A DNA stretch of 60,175 bases, counting the filler, from Sphacelaria rigidula (lineage: Eukaryota), in assembly GCA_964200075.2 (NCBI GenBank). It is 7 parts of 7 records of this genome, joined end to end, with 100 filler letters (N's around TTAATTAATTAA, not from the genome) between each part and the next. Parts side by side here need not be neighbours in the genome. Positions count along the whole stretch, not along the records: positions 17,224 to 25,734 come from CAXNAA020010926.1; positions 25,835 to 34,345 come from CAXNAA020010927.1; positions 34,446 to 42,955 come from CAXNAA020010928.1; 4 more parts are not named here. One strand, 5' to 3'. Positions 24,220 to 36,540 of the stretch are shown here, piece after piece. Under the pieces are notes generated by a model that saw only the letters and a program-made list of their open reading frames with translations, ran no database searches and was not told the origin of the DNA. Position 1 is the stretch's first letter; the number at the start of each line of letters is the position of its first letter. The position numbers and the translations under genes are program-made.

Positions 24220-24645
24220 TTCTCTACTCGACGTTTGAGTAGGTCGAGTACGGCCTGAAATACTCTACTCAACTTTTGAGTTGGTCGAGTACCGCCTCCA
24301 ATACTCTACTCAAATTTTGAGTACGTTGAGTACGGCTTCAAGTACTCTACTAGCACTTTGACTAAGCACTCTTAGTAATACTTGAGTATAGAGTATCACT
24401 TGAGTGTGAGTGTTCAAAAGTCTACTCGAATTATGAGTAGGTTGAGTACGGCCTCAAATACTCTACCCAAATTTTGAGTAGGTTGAGTATGGTCTCAAAT
24501 AGTCTACTCAAATTTTGAGTAGGTCGAGTACGACCTCAACTACTCTACTCAAATTTTGAGTACGTCGAGTAGGGCCTCGAATACTCTACTCGAATAATTA
24601 AGTAGATCGAGTATGGTCTCAACTACTCTGCTCAAAATTTGAGTC
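24220..24645. repeat. Tandem array of ~41-bp units with an internal palindrome
   Basis: Unit TACTCTACTCAAATTTTGAGTAGGTCGAGTACGGCCTCAAA, ~9 copies with one interruption. Confidence 0.88.
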
Positions 24646-25497
24646 AGCACTCTCAGCAATACTTGAGTATAGAGTACCCTTCAGGTATGGTGAATATCCC
24701 TGACAGTCGGCGACTTCATGGCGTCATTTCACAGACTATGTGGAATACATGGGCGAACGATGGTCATCAAATAGATGCGCGGCGTTACACCACAGCCAAC
24801 AAGGTGTATGAGCGAATGGTGGCCATAAAAAGTAGAAAAAAGCGTGCAGGTGAATGAAACTACCTGCCCCAGCGCCCCAGCACCCCATCTCACCAGCCCC
24901 AACCCACGGCAGTCCATACTCCATACCTCGCAACGCGTTCGATACACTTTCAGTACAGAGCGCTACTCATCGTCATCGACTAATCGAGTAGACGAGTAGT
25001 CGAGTAGGTATTATCAAAATGAGTATTTCGTCTCGTGTTGAGTGTGCTCGACATATTGTAAATCCTGAATCTCCTTCTGTGGCGCTGTCATCATGTGCCT
25101 CATGATCACTTTCGTCATCAGCTGTTTCCCCTTTTCCCTACTTGCAGGCGGGTGAAACGCGTCACATTCGGTGACGTGTCCGGATGCCCAGCTATGGACT
25201 ATACACAAGACTTCGACAGCCAATTCTTCGATACGATTTTGACGATTTGCAGTACCCCCGCCAGTTTACACGGTACAATCCGAACGCCCTTTGACAATAC
25301 CCCAGCATTCATTCTCCCCTAGCTTTGTACCATTTGGTTCTGATCTAAATGTTTGCTGAAGTTTGACCTTGAATCAATACTCATCATGGGTGGTCAACTC
25401 TAGAAATACCTCGGTATTCCCTTTACCCGAGTTTGAGTAGCTTGCGTATGTAGTTGAATATTGAAGTCAAAGTCATAGGTTTTTGGTACATCGGATC

Positions 25498-25610
25498 CGG
25501 CCTCAGATACTCTACTCAAACTTTGAGTAGGTCGAGTACGGCCTTCAATACTTTACTCAATTTTTGAGTAGGCCGAGTACGGCCTCAAATACTTTACCCA
25601 AACTTTGAGT
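25498..25610. repeat. Second short array of the same ~41-bp unit
   Basis: About 3 copies, same orientation as 24220-24645. Confidence 0.85.
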
Positions 25611-25734
25611 CCGTTTATCGACGCCAATTGTCATAAAGAGGGAGTAGCTAATGCACTGACTGGGGTCTCTCAGTATGAGTGCCAGGAGATACCATGGTAC
25701 CAACCCACCAAGCTCCCACGTGAGCAGCTTCACA

Positions 25735-25834
25735 NNNNNNNNNNNNNNNNNNNNNNNNNNNNNNNNNNNNNNNNNNNNTTAATTAATTAANNNNNNNNNN
25801 NNNNNNNNNNNNNNNNNNNNNNNNNNNNNNNNNN
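25735..25834. other. Artificial contig spacer
   Basis: Same N44-TTAATTAATTAA-N44 block. Confidence 0.98.
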
Positions 25835-26294
25835 TGTTGCAAAATAGATGGCCTTTGTTTCAAGGGCTTGAAGGATCCGCTTACCGCTTGCAACACTTGT
25901 GGTATTTGTAACATAGGTCAGTACCGTCAATGATTTTGTTTTCCCTTATTTCATCGGGACCCGCTATTCTTGTCAATGTTCCCCTTCCCTTTCCTCTCCC
26001 TTTCTTTGCCTTTCATGCTTTTCATGTTTTGTGTGTGTGTGTGTGTGTTTTGTTCAGTTTACTCCCCGTTTGCTCTTTCTTTGTTTCTTGGTGTTCTCTT
26101 TTTTTTTTCACCGATATTTATGTTCTGTTTACTTTGACTAGGTTTATCTTGTGGACAATGACCAGAGCTGGATCCCTCGGGGATTAGTTAACCGGCAACG
26201 AATAAAAAACAATCAATCCAACTGTACAACTTCTCTCCTGCATTTACCCCCAACACATGTTACTCGTCTGTACTGTTCGATGTGTTTGCTGTAG

Positions 26295-29200
26295 GCATCG
26301 GCTGCCGAACCGCTCTGCACTTGGCCAACATGGGGGCAACCGTCGTAATGGCTTGTCGCTCTGTGGAGAAAGGGGAGGCCACTCGTGCCCTGCTGGAAAA
26401 GGAGATCAAGTGTGCACCACAGTATACTATATTTCTTGCGGTATACGCGAGCGATCTTTCTTTTACAACGTCATACTCTAGAAAGCGTGGCCGTGGCACC
26501 GAGCAGAACTTACGGTCGGTGTCGTTATGCACAGGGCTGGTCGCTTAAAGAGTGTAGGCATTGCCGCACATATCCGTACCGTGAAATAATTTGCTTTTTG
26601 GGGTTTATTTGATCATGCTCATGCGCAGAATCAATCGGGCTTCAACAGTAGTGCGGAAAGCTGCCTTCCCCGAGCGACCACACTTCAGCGCAACTCACGA
26701 GTACCATCACCATGCTGTATACCTGGCGCGCCAAGAGCTGTTGCACGTTGCACAGGAACGCTCTGGGCTGCGTACGGCAGCACGGGGTCGTCCGCTATCC
26801 CCACCAACTGCCAGCTGTGCTCGTTTCGACGATTCGTTGCGGCGCAGGGAAGACGTACCCGGCGAACAGAGCTTGTTTACCGCGTCTACAAATCTCTTTG
26901 TTGCGTGGTGCCCTCACCACACGATTTTTCTCGACACCTCGCGTCGAAACCGGTGCAAACAGAGAATCGGCGGACATTGGCGGCCCGGCCTCGGCAGGGG
27001 TTTTAGGACCAGCCAGGGGGGGAACGTTACAGGTAAAGACTTCTGGCGTGGGAGAGGGTGCTATAGCGCTCAAGACGGGGTAGTGATGAATGCCGCACTT
27101 CTTTTCCATCAGGCGGGGCCTGCGCCACGGAACCAATATAGCTCGAACGAATATATGCGTTTGAACCCATTTATGTCGCCACAACGCTGCATTTGCGGGA
27201 GTAGGTAATTTACAGTCCGTATCTATCCAACCCATGCTTCCTTTTTCTCTTCGAATAGGTTATGAAGCTCGACCTTGCAGATCTGGAGTCGGTGCGGGCG
27301 TTTGCCACGGAGTTCAAGGCAAAACACACCCGGCTCGATGTGCTGGTTAACAACGGTGAGTTTAGAAGTTTTGTGCCCGTCGGTTTGCGCCCGGTGTTTG
27401 GTGGCTTTCCCCCCATCTTCACTGTCCTATCCACGGCGATATCATACGGAGGAAATCTCCTGACCATGTACAGAGTGCGAGATCGAGAAACTTGGACACG
27501 TGTCCGCTTTTGACATGAGATCCAGCAAGTTAACCGTTGCTTTTGAGCACATCCTTCCCCCACTTGCCCCCCATCATTGCCCAGCGTTGCCCCAAATGAT
27601 CCTTCTTCGAAGCCAATACCATGTGTGGACCCTTGGACAATTCATCCCCCTTGCACCGAAACCACACCAGCGATCCCGTCTTGCGTGCGACTCGAGACGA
27701 TTTCTGCTGATGTACCCATGAATATATATTCACCTGGGGAGGTGCGTTTTCACGGCAGAGCAGGATTTCATCAACGACGAGGCTGGTCCTTCTTATTCCG
27801 CCAGTGACTACTACAGTCAGCCAGCTGTAACACGAGTCTCTCGACCTGTTCCTCAGCTCAAGCAACATTGCCCTTCCGCGGGCTCTCTCCCCATAGTACA
27901 GTTGGGACTCTCGCGCTTTCCCCCACGTTTTGTTTCTGCGATTTGCGCGTCTCGCAGCTGGCCTTATTTACAGCGAAGTCCCCACGGCAGACGGGCTGGA
28001 TATGGTGTTTGGCGTCAACTTTGTGGGACACTTCGCTCTCTCCTTGGAATTGATGCCGCTGGTTGAGTCTACGCCCCAAGCACGGTAAGTAACATTTTGT
28101 TGTGTGGATTTTTGTGCGTGCTCTGTTTTTTTGTTCATTGGGGCTGTGCGGCGACTGTGTTACGGGGTTTCTCTTCTTGTGCCGTTTTTTTTTGTGCCGT
28201 TTGTCGTTAGGCTTGTTCGTTTGACACCTTGCCGCGTTGCATTTGCCAGACACTGGTAAATATGTTTCTCCTCCTTTGCCTCATTTTTTCCAGTAAACGT
28301 TGCAGGCGTCACCGCCTCCCGAGTGTTTTTTTGAGAGTACGATGCACGCGCTGTGATGGTGTTGGACGTATACACGAGGAGGTTACATAATTGATATTGA
28401 TCAATTGATTGATTGGTCATCTTGCATGAAGCTGATTGCAGCAACCAAGCCCGTGGTCGGGAGCAACAAAACAAATAGCAGATTAAGAAAGAAGGAAAGG
28501 AGCAGAAAAAGACGTAAGCAAGAGCCACATGAAGGAAAGAAGAGAGGAAGCAGCGACAAAGACAACAACAGCAACAACGATAACAACATACACACTAAAC
28601 ACAAACACAAACAACATGACGAGCTGACGGTGTGGTGTTTTCACCGTGACAGCCTGGGTAAGGGATGGACCAGTGCGACAAAAAGAGCACGGTATGCCAC
28701 GCTGTATGAGTTGTTTGTTTTGCGATTCATCTCTCGATGCTGGTGCTCTTCGCCAGACTTCGGCCGTGGCTTACCCGATTTTTCATATCGTGCCGTCTGA
28801 GTTGTCTCTACCTCGCTCCCGCTTGCGGTTATTGGGGGCCTCACCCGAGTTTTGCACTGACGATCGTCCGATGGTCGTGCGTTTTTTTTTTTTTTTCATC
28901 GGTGTATCGATCGCGAGAACAACAGTGTGGTTTGTCTAGCATCGGTGTTGCATCACTTCGGAGGCACGCATTGGGAAGGCGCCATGGCGGGGCACAAGGG
29001 GTACGTCAACCCAGACGCCTACCCTGACAGCAAGTTGGCTATGGTGCTTTTCGCAAAGGTGTGATGGGTGTTTCTCGGTTTGGTTTAAAGCTGCCACAGC
29101 AGGCGGGGATGCAAGGAGTTCGGAATAAACTCCCTACATAAGGCGTCAGCGCTATCCGACAAACACGTGTTTTGGGTTCACAACCTGTAGGCTCGCATGA

Positions 29201-30327
29201 TACGAGCTGACACCTATTCTGCGGCACGTATCGACCTTCGAATTGTGGTACTTGTGCAGAGTTTCAGGAAAGCCTGCCCTCCGGCTTTCGCTGTGCTTCG
29301 GAGGAGGGCAGGGCAGCACTGAAGAGTAGTATCTGCTGTGGTGATAGGGCCCCGCTGTTCAATGCATGGGTCGAACTCGCGCTCTTTCATCCTTGCAAAG
29401 TCTCCAAGTCCATTGGACCACCCGCGCGCGGCGGCAGTATTTTCAATTATTTACCAATTACCTTCAACTCCTGTGCACACGCCAAGCTCCGCCAAATGCA
29501 GAGAACGCGTGGGGTTTGCACCCATCGACAATTTTGATGACCCCCACGTACCGTTGAAATCCCCCTACCCCCCCCTCCCCTTCCGCCCTCCACTCCAGGA
29601 GCTTCGGAGAAGATTTGCCGCTTCGGGATCAACCGCAACCGCGTTCGCTGTCAACCCCGGCGCCGTCCGGAGCGACATCTGGAGATCGACGCCCTCGATC
29701 ATCATGCCCATATACGACGCTTGGATGCGCATGTTTTTCTTGAATATTGAGGAAGGCTGCCGTCCGTCTGTCTGTGCGTCTGCCCTGCCTCTTGAGAGCC
29801 TGTCTGGTGAGTCAAGTCAAAGCTGAGGGCAACATACATGTGCGTACCCCACGGATATTCTGTACGCGATTTGCATTTACTACACGGCTGTCTCGTGTGA
29901 TCAAAATTTGATCCGTGCTCTAGTCAGAGACAGCTACATGGCGGGAATCGGTTTTCACCACAAGATATGTGCCTCTGGTCTGGATAAATGCGTCCAAACA
30001 CCCGTGTCCGTTCAGGGTCGCACTCGCTGTTCCCCGCCGAGTCCCTTCTCTGACTCAAAGTCTTATCCCCGCCGGCCTCCTTAGACCACCTCTAGAACTA
30101 CGCGTGCCGAAATTTGTTGTCTCTATTTTTCAGGTAGCGACTACTACCAACCCTACTGGCTTCCATTTGGCCGGAATATTCCCGCTGAGATACTTGGCGT
30201 GTACGCAGGTTGTGCACCTGCCAAACCATCCCTACCCAAAGATGAGCCAGCGGCATCCGGTGCGCTGTGGACCGCATGTGAAAACGTGCTGGAAACGACT
30301 GCAGCAGCTCGCCGCGAAGTTCGATGA
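26295..30327 (+). CDS. Short-chain dehydrogenase/reductase (retinol dehydrogenase/WWOX-like), multi-exon, 5'-partial
   Basis: Phase-consistent GT-AG exons 26295-26409, 26963-27032, 27259-27355, 27958-28084, 28926-29058, 29599-29806 and 30134-30327(TGA). They encode GIGCRTA..VVMACRS, LDLADLESVRAFA..LDVLVNNAG, FGVNFVGHF, RVVCLASVLH, catalytic YPDSK, AVNPGAVRSDIWR and ALWTACE. The exon with the start of TGxxxGxG lies upstream of the contig edge. Confidence 0.93.
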
Positions 30328-30868
30328 GCAGCCCAGCATGCCGAATACATGGTTGTACCCCGAAGGCGTAGGCACTGCTCTCATCCCCTGCCAGTAGTTT
30401 TCGCATACTGCATGCGCCGGGTGGGGCGGGGAGGGTACTGGGTCAGTTTTGATCACTTCAAGCTTTTGTACTGGCGGCGACATGTTCGAGTACGGGGATA
30501 CACTTTTCTCACAAAACACGAAAATCTCGAACTAATTTCGAAATGTGGGTTTGATTGTACAAAGGATCGAGAGGTAACCGAATGTCCGATTCGAAATAGG
30601 GTTGCAGCAAACAGCGTGTAGTGTGAATGAGGGGGCACTTGGCGTGGCAGTGCTCCTGCTTCGAAGTCCCCCCTCCTCTACAGTCCCCTTTTAGTGGACT
30701 GTGGAGGGTATGGGCGACGTGAGGAATGCGTTCCAGACGATGCTTGCTTTAGGTGATTGCCTGTCAGAAGTATTGCGCTTCGGGTTGGCACGGTGACCCT
30801 TGTGGCCGAGGCAGTGTATTTGAAGCCCTGGATGTTGAGAAACATATCGTGAGTAAAAAGTTAAATAA

Positions 30869-31140
30869 TTGATTAACTAATTGGTTGGTTGGGATTGAAT
30901 GGATGGTTGTATGGTTGGTAAAATTTCAGTTTTTGGTCCCGAACGGCTTCCATCCATCCTCAAACAATCTTTAATCAGCTTCAATTAATTAATATTATCA
31001 TTGTTGTTGGAATATTCATAATTATTATATATTCATTATCTTTCTTTTTCATTATTTATTCCTGTTTGGTTTGTACCGCATCAATTGATTCATTAGTTGG
31101 TTGGTTGGTTGGGATTGAATGGATGCTTGGTCTGGTTGGT
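30869..31140. repeat. Two ~55-bp direct repeats rich in TTGG
   Basis: AATTGATT..TTGGTTGGTTGGGATTGAATGGATG at ~30869 and ~31084. Confidence 0.6.
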
Positions 31141-32795
31141 TGAACTTCACTTGAGAGACAAGGGAAAGACAAAATATAGTGTGCAAAGTCTACTAAAGTG
31201 TATGTATCCGCCCAAGCCGTGACAAGAAGTAACGTGGTCAGTGAATGTCACCTTGTGCGTGTGCGCATTTGAGTCCAGAATGTGAGCCTGGATCTAGAAG
31301 TCGTCGAAGGTCAATGGTTCATGTCTGTCCAACGCAACGAGTATACTGACCGTCAAGGCTGCACTCTTGTTGTTTCACGCAGCTCATTTTGTAGAAATTT
31401 TCTGTCGAAGGTACCTAGGTGACAGTCGTGGATCTTGTGTGTCAGCTAGTGACGTTTTTTTTTCCGTTGAAGAGATTCATTTGTCACAATCGGTATCTAC
31501 TGTGGATCGGATTTGGTGCAAGCATGGCGGTGATGTTGGGTGAGTATATAGTGGAGAGACTGTGGACTGGATGTGCTACAGTAAGTGTACGGTGTAGCGC
31601 CCAATACTGGCTTGGTTGGACAGTGCTCGTATTGTTCGATGATTACCCTCGACAATACAAGCATCGTAAATGTTGCCGCTACGAAGTACGTGGTGTGTCC
31701 AACGTTTTCCGAAAATTATGTGCAGCACGCGCAATATTACGGAAGGATACCTTGGGTGAACATTAACCCCTTCAACATCCATGAGCCAACAGTGCGCCGT
31801 TCTCATTCCTCCACATGGGAAACGAACTGATCGTTGTTTCGTCGAAGAAATAACGCGTTCATGTAAATGAAGAGGTTCTAGGCTGGGCCATTGCCACGCA
31901 AATAGCATGTGCCCTCTCCCGCTAATGTGTGCACATCACTAGTAGCTCCTCTGCAATCGTGTATGCCCCTCCTCTGGCCTCAACAACGACTATGCGAGCA
32001 GGTCTCGAAGCCGTATAGGGCGCAGCCATCCTGCTCGCTGTATACGTTGCATAACACCAGCTAGACTCCAGCGGAACCCCACCTTGGCTACCCAACACGC
32101 GCTGGCCTGTCGCGATGCTATTGGTCGAAAAATGCAATACGCGAAGTCTGGTTCAGAGATTGGATGTGCTGCTAGGCCTTCCTCGTCGACGTTATCGCCA
32201 TCCTCCACGGGACTGTCAGGACTCGCAGCAGGCCGCGGGCGCTAAGGCATATGACTCGCTGACTTTGTAGTTGTCATTTTGAGTATATTACACGTGCAGT
32301 GCCGGTGGATCTGACATGTACGTCGAAATGTTTGTCGACAGATTGAGTGTCTAGCATTTGATTGACCGTAGGCTTGCGATAGGAAGACGTTTTTTGTGTG
32401 TGTTCCATTAATATGGATGGAATTCCAACACGTCTAGATATCAAGTGCAAAAAGATGCCGATTCAACACATCCCCTACCCTGCGTGGTGGTCAAAGCGGT
32501 GATACGAGTGACTTTGCGGAACAAACACTTCAAATTTGGAGTCGTTTGCTACACGGGCGTCAATGATACGGAACGATATATTTTGTTGAACGAACGCTGA
32601 AAAAGGAGAGGGGTGATGTGTGTACTTGTGAGGTGTTCTTTGGTGTGGCCGTGGCGCGCCTCCTCGCAGTGCACCGTTTTATAGCGGAGCAAGGCAATTG
32701 TCACGAGAGATCTTGATGGGTTGAGCAGACGACGTACCCGAGTGGGGCGCTGCATCGCCATGCTTTTCATTCTTCATTCAGACGTCACCCGCTGG

Positions 32796-34085
32796 TGTAC
32801 AGCTCTATCTGAACCTTCGCTCTCTGAATCTCAGCCCTGAACCCCAACTATAGAGCTTACAATATAGAGCCGCGGAGCCGTTCTATCTAGACTGAGTACT
32901 GGCTACAGTACTGGTTCCCGGACCGTTCCTGTTTGTATTTCGTACTGAATTGCACTGGCTCCTACCAGGCTGGTTGATTACATGCCTGCGAATCCACGTA
33001 TGACATCTATGTCCAACACATAATCTGCACACTCCCCCATGATCGTATAGCGGCAACAATAGAGAGCTGATACGATCACACCCAACGCGCGAGGGCAGAA
33101 TTGAAAAAATCTGAAACAGATGACCTCTTGACCCGCTTCATTAGGATGTCCGCGCGCTGCTCGCTCGTCGGTACGTATCGCACGGTGAACAGCTTCTTCT
33201 CGACGTACTGCCGTGAACTTTCGAGCTTCATATCAACGTGCCTTGTGCGCTCGTTGAACCCGGTGACTGTAGCCGCCTGGATAGCGCCACGATTGTCGCA
33301 AAACCACAGGGTCGTGTCCTGTGGAAGTCCCATATCTTCCAGAATACCCCGAATGAATAGGCAATGGCGCATACCCTGTACCATGGCCGTCCATTCCGCT
33401 TCTGAAAAAGAGAGAGTTACGGAGGCCTGTAGTTTGGATCGCCATACTATCGGAGACTTGTTCATTAGCAGGAGGTAACCCGTGACACTCCTGCGTGTTT
33501 CGGCATCGTTCGCCCAGTCCGAGTCCGCATAGCCGACCAATGCCTTCTCGGTCTTCACGTTGCTCCCACCATATCGCAGGCAGATGTCAAGCGTACCAGC
33601 TAGGTAGCGGAGAACGTGTTATAGTCCTCGCCAGTGTCGTGGACAGGGAGACGCGGTCCGGCGCCCTAGCTCTCGGACACTGTTGGAGAGGTCCGGTCGT
33701 GTCATCCGTGCGAGGAACATTGATTCCCCGAGAATCCTTGCGTACGGGAACTGGGAGGAGTCCATCTCCGCTTCATCTTCTTTCCGCTCTGATAGGTCCA
33801 TCCCCAGGTCGAGGGGCGTAAAGGTTTTCCGCACTTTTGTCTAGCCCATTCCTTCAACGACGATACTCTCGGCAAAGGCGCGTTGGTCGAGAGTGATGCT
33901 GTCATGGGCCACAGTGACACTGACGCCGAGAAGCTTGTCTGGCACACCCAGATCCAGACCCTTGAATCTCGCCAAGAGGCATGTCTGCATACGCTGAATT
34001 TATTCCGTGTAGTCACCCGAGAACAGGAGGTCATCCACGTGGGTGACTAGGATAGCGACGCGCCCGTCTTTGGCCTGACAGTAGT
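32796..34085 (-). mobile_element. Ty1/Copia 3' half (RT C-terminus, RNase H, PPT, putative 3' LTR)
   Basis: ILVTHVDDLLF; TRPDLS; GYADSDWA..RRSVTGY; SEAEW; CDNRGAI; RTRHVD; ADILMK; PPT GGGGGAG (33032-33038, minus strand); candidate LTR 32796-33031 with TGTACAG..CTGCACA ends. Confidence 0.9.
33076..34085 (-). pseudogene. Copia reverse transcriptase/RNase H fragment
   Basis: ORF pieces 33076-33558 and 33619-33834 plus the HVDD motif near 34030-34042; stops and frameshifts between them. Confidence 0.88.
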
Positions 34086-34345
34086 AGAGGCATTCGTCGT
34101 AGTGGGTGTTGTGCCAGTGTTACGACGGATATCGACTGTATGTGTAGTAGGCGTTTGCAGTACGCGTGGCAAGTGCAGTAGGTCTTATTCCATTCGCATG
34201 TTGGTGTTGTATTCCAATCGGGCGTCCTTGACCGGAGCCCACCGCCCACAGAACTTCTATTACCCAGCAACCCTCGTTGAACTACCTAGCTAAGAATGAT
34301 TATTAACGGAGCTATCAGCCACCACTTGGAGACATATCGCTTGCA

Positions 34346-34445
34346 NNNNNNNNNNNNNNNNNNNNNNNNNNNNNNNNNNNNNNNNNNNNTTAATTAATTA
34401 ANNNNNNNNNNNNNNNNNNNNNNNNNNNNNNNNNNNNNNNNNNNN
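34346..34445. other. Artificial contig spacer
   Basis: Same N44-TTAATTAATTAA-N44 block. Confidence 0.98.
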
Positions 34446-34825
34446 CCAAAACAACACACCACCCGAAAAAGAGAGGGGGTGCACACACAAACACAACCAA
34501 AAAAAAAAAACAAAAAAAAACCCCCCCCCCCCCCCCCCCCCCAAACAAAACAGCCCCAAAGCCGTCACGAAGAAAATGATCATACAGCGCATGACAGCTG
34601 TTTTCAGACTGCATGAGGCGGCTCATATGGACGACATTGGCGAAAACGATTCCAAGTATAGGGGTGCCCAGCTGCTCGGTTTGCTCGGCTTTTGTCATTT
34701 TGGCTAGACTCTGCCTCCTCAAACCACCCACTTTTGCGTAGGGGAGGGGGGCTATCACGGCATCAGCAGTAGTAGCAGCATAGGTTCTCAGCTAACCCTT
34801 GGTGATACCCGAAACACACACGCAC

Positions 34826-34984
34826 CTCAAGAACCGGAACCTGCGAAAACGGTAGGCCAGAAGCGACGTCTGCAAACTCATCGAAGGAGATGCGTTTGTC
34901 TTCAAATTCCACGTCGCCCACGGCGAACGCCAGCCGAGTCGCTTCAGCACGCCCAGGCAAATCGAAGTAGGTAAGGCAAGGCAT
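34826..34984 (-). CDS. Glutathione S-transferase (sigma-like), exon 1 only; 3'-partial
   Basis: MPCLTYFDLPGRAEATRLAFAVGDVEFEDKRISFDEF...LPFSQVPVLE followed by donor GTGCGT; LTYF..GRAE..R and LPF.Q.P.L are GST N-domain motifs with a catalytic Tyr. Confidence 0.88.
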
Positions 34985-35519
34985 TATTGTATATCTTGGT
35001 TGGTGACTACGGCCCTTTGTTGATGCTGCTTGGTTAACAAAGCTGTTGTGTTCTGTGACAGTTTGGCAAACGGCAGTGTCAGCAGGGAGACAGGACAAGG
35101 CAGGAGGGAGACAGGAGGGAGACAGGAAAGGACAAGGCCAGTTGATGGACGCAGGTCAGCGGGATCAATTACCTCAACGCAGTGTGTCATGTGATCCGAG
35201 CGAGTTGGGTCATCTTGATTCATCTCTTTATTATGCACGGCGTCACGGCTAGAGCAGTTCGATGGCACACTGCAGAAGACACTTTTCAGGACATGTTCGC
35301 GGGCAAGAAGCTTGGGACTAGCAGTGGTAGTAGTAGACATGCGATCGACAGCGTATGTATGATGGCCTGATACGATACGAACGAGATGAAGACGCTGAAC
35401 GATACGAGCATGGAAGAGAACATGCAAAAACAACATCGAACGATCCGTTCTTGACTACATAATAGTGAAGCATGGAAATAGTGAAGAAATGGAAGAACGT
35501 GTATGCCCGGAGGACGTGG

Positions 35520-36540
35520 GAACCACACATTATTCCCTTATATGGACAGAAAGCCGACAGACGAGAGCTAAAAGAAATAGGCGGGGTAGGAAGTTGTACA
35601 AATAGAGAATCGATTAACTAGATTTGGAAGAAAAACGGCAAGAGTTCCAAGAGATGGCCAAAGATGCAGTGAATGTTTTTGACCTGTGGGAACGCGTAGG
35701 TACAGTTGATACCGAAATGGAAATAAGTCGGGTATGAGCGAAGATTACTGAAGGATGGAAGCAGCTGGTCAACAACACAGCGAGTAAAGTCATAGGGATG
35801 AAACTGAAAGTATGCAACAGACAAGGGCAGTAAAATAGTCGGACGAGGAGCTCAAGTACACTAATAGTAAGAAGAGTAAGGAGAGACGCCCATGCGAGAT
35901 ACATATCGAGTAAAACTACGGCAGGGTCGGAGGAGTATACTAAAGCTCGGAAGGAAGTGAAGTAGATGGTACAGCAGAAAGAGAAGGGAGTATAGGAAGA
36001 CTCAGTTAAAAAGAAAAGTGAAGATTTCGACGGCGGGATGAAGCAAATGTGGGTAGCAGGAAATATGAACAAGGGAATCGCCACACTCCGGGCACAGGAC
36101 GGTAAAATGATCAGTAGTTCGAAAAAGAGAGAAGTGCTAGTCGGGCACGACCGTGAACTAGGAACCAAACAATTACGAAAGAGCGGGCTTGAATAAGGGG
36201 GGATAGATGATCAAGAAAGTACGCAGAGGTAGAAGGACACGAAGACGAAGTTCTGGCCATAGATGAAAGGCGGGGGGTACAAGACAAAAAGTAAGCGACA
36301 TGTCTGAGGTGAGGGGGAAATGAGCGATCAGACGCAAAGTAGACGAGGAAGAACACCTGAAGATATATCGGGGGTTGAGACAGGGGATAGGGATGAAAGC
36401 ATATTTGCATCGGCTAATGGGCGCGGCGAGAAACTTGAAACTGCTTTTGTGGGGGACCTGGAGCTGCCAGAAAAAAGAAGGGAAGATTTACCCGTCGTCA
36501 AGAGGAGGAGGAAGTAGATGCACAGAACTGCCCCTGCCGC
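35520..36540 (+). mobile_element. Decayed LINE ORF2 fragments (post-endonuclease linker joined to C-terminal region)
   Basis: Purine-rich degenerate frame: EDFDGGMKQMWV, GIATLRAQDGKMISSSK, then GMKAYLH..KL..VGDLELPEKR..SSREEEVDAQNCPC (start of a Cys knuckle). The RT core is not visible. Assignment is by recollection of motif style, not by a search. Confidence 0.6.

Noticed and set aside
24220-24645. CRISPR array (palindromic ~40-bp repeats)
   Set aside because: The units are directly tandem with no unique spacers, there are no cas genes, and the context is eukaryotic.
26591-27208. 205-aa ORF as a separate gene
   Set aside because: It lies in SDR introns with no recognisable domain; only 26963-27032, in another frame, is needed as an exon.
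30327-34984. SDR and GST as a linked detoxification cluster
   Set aside because: They are on different contigs separated by an artificial spacer.
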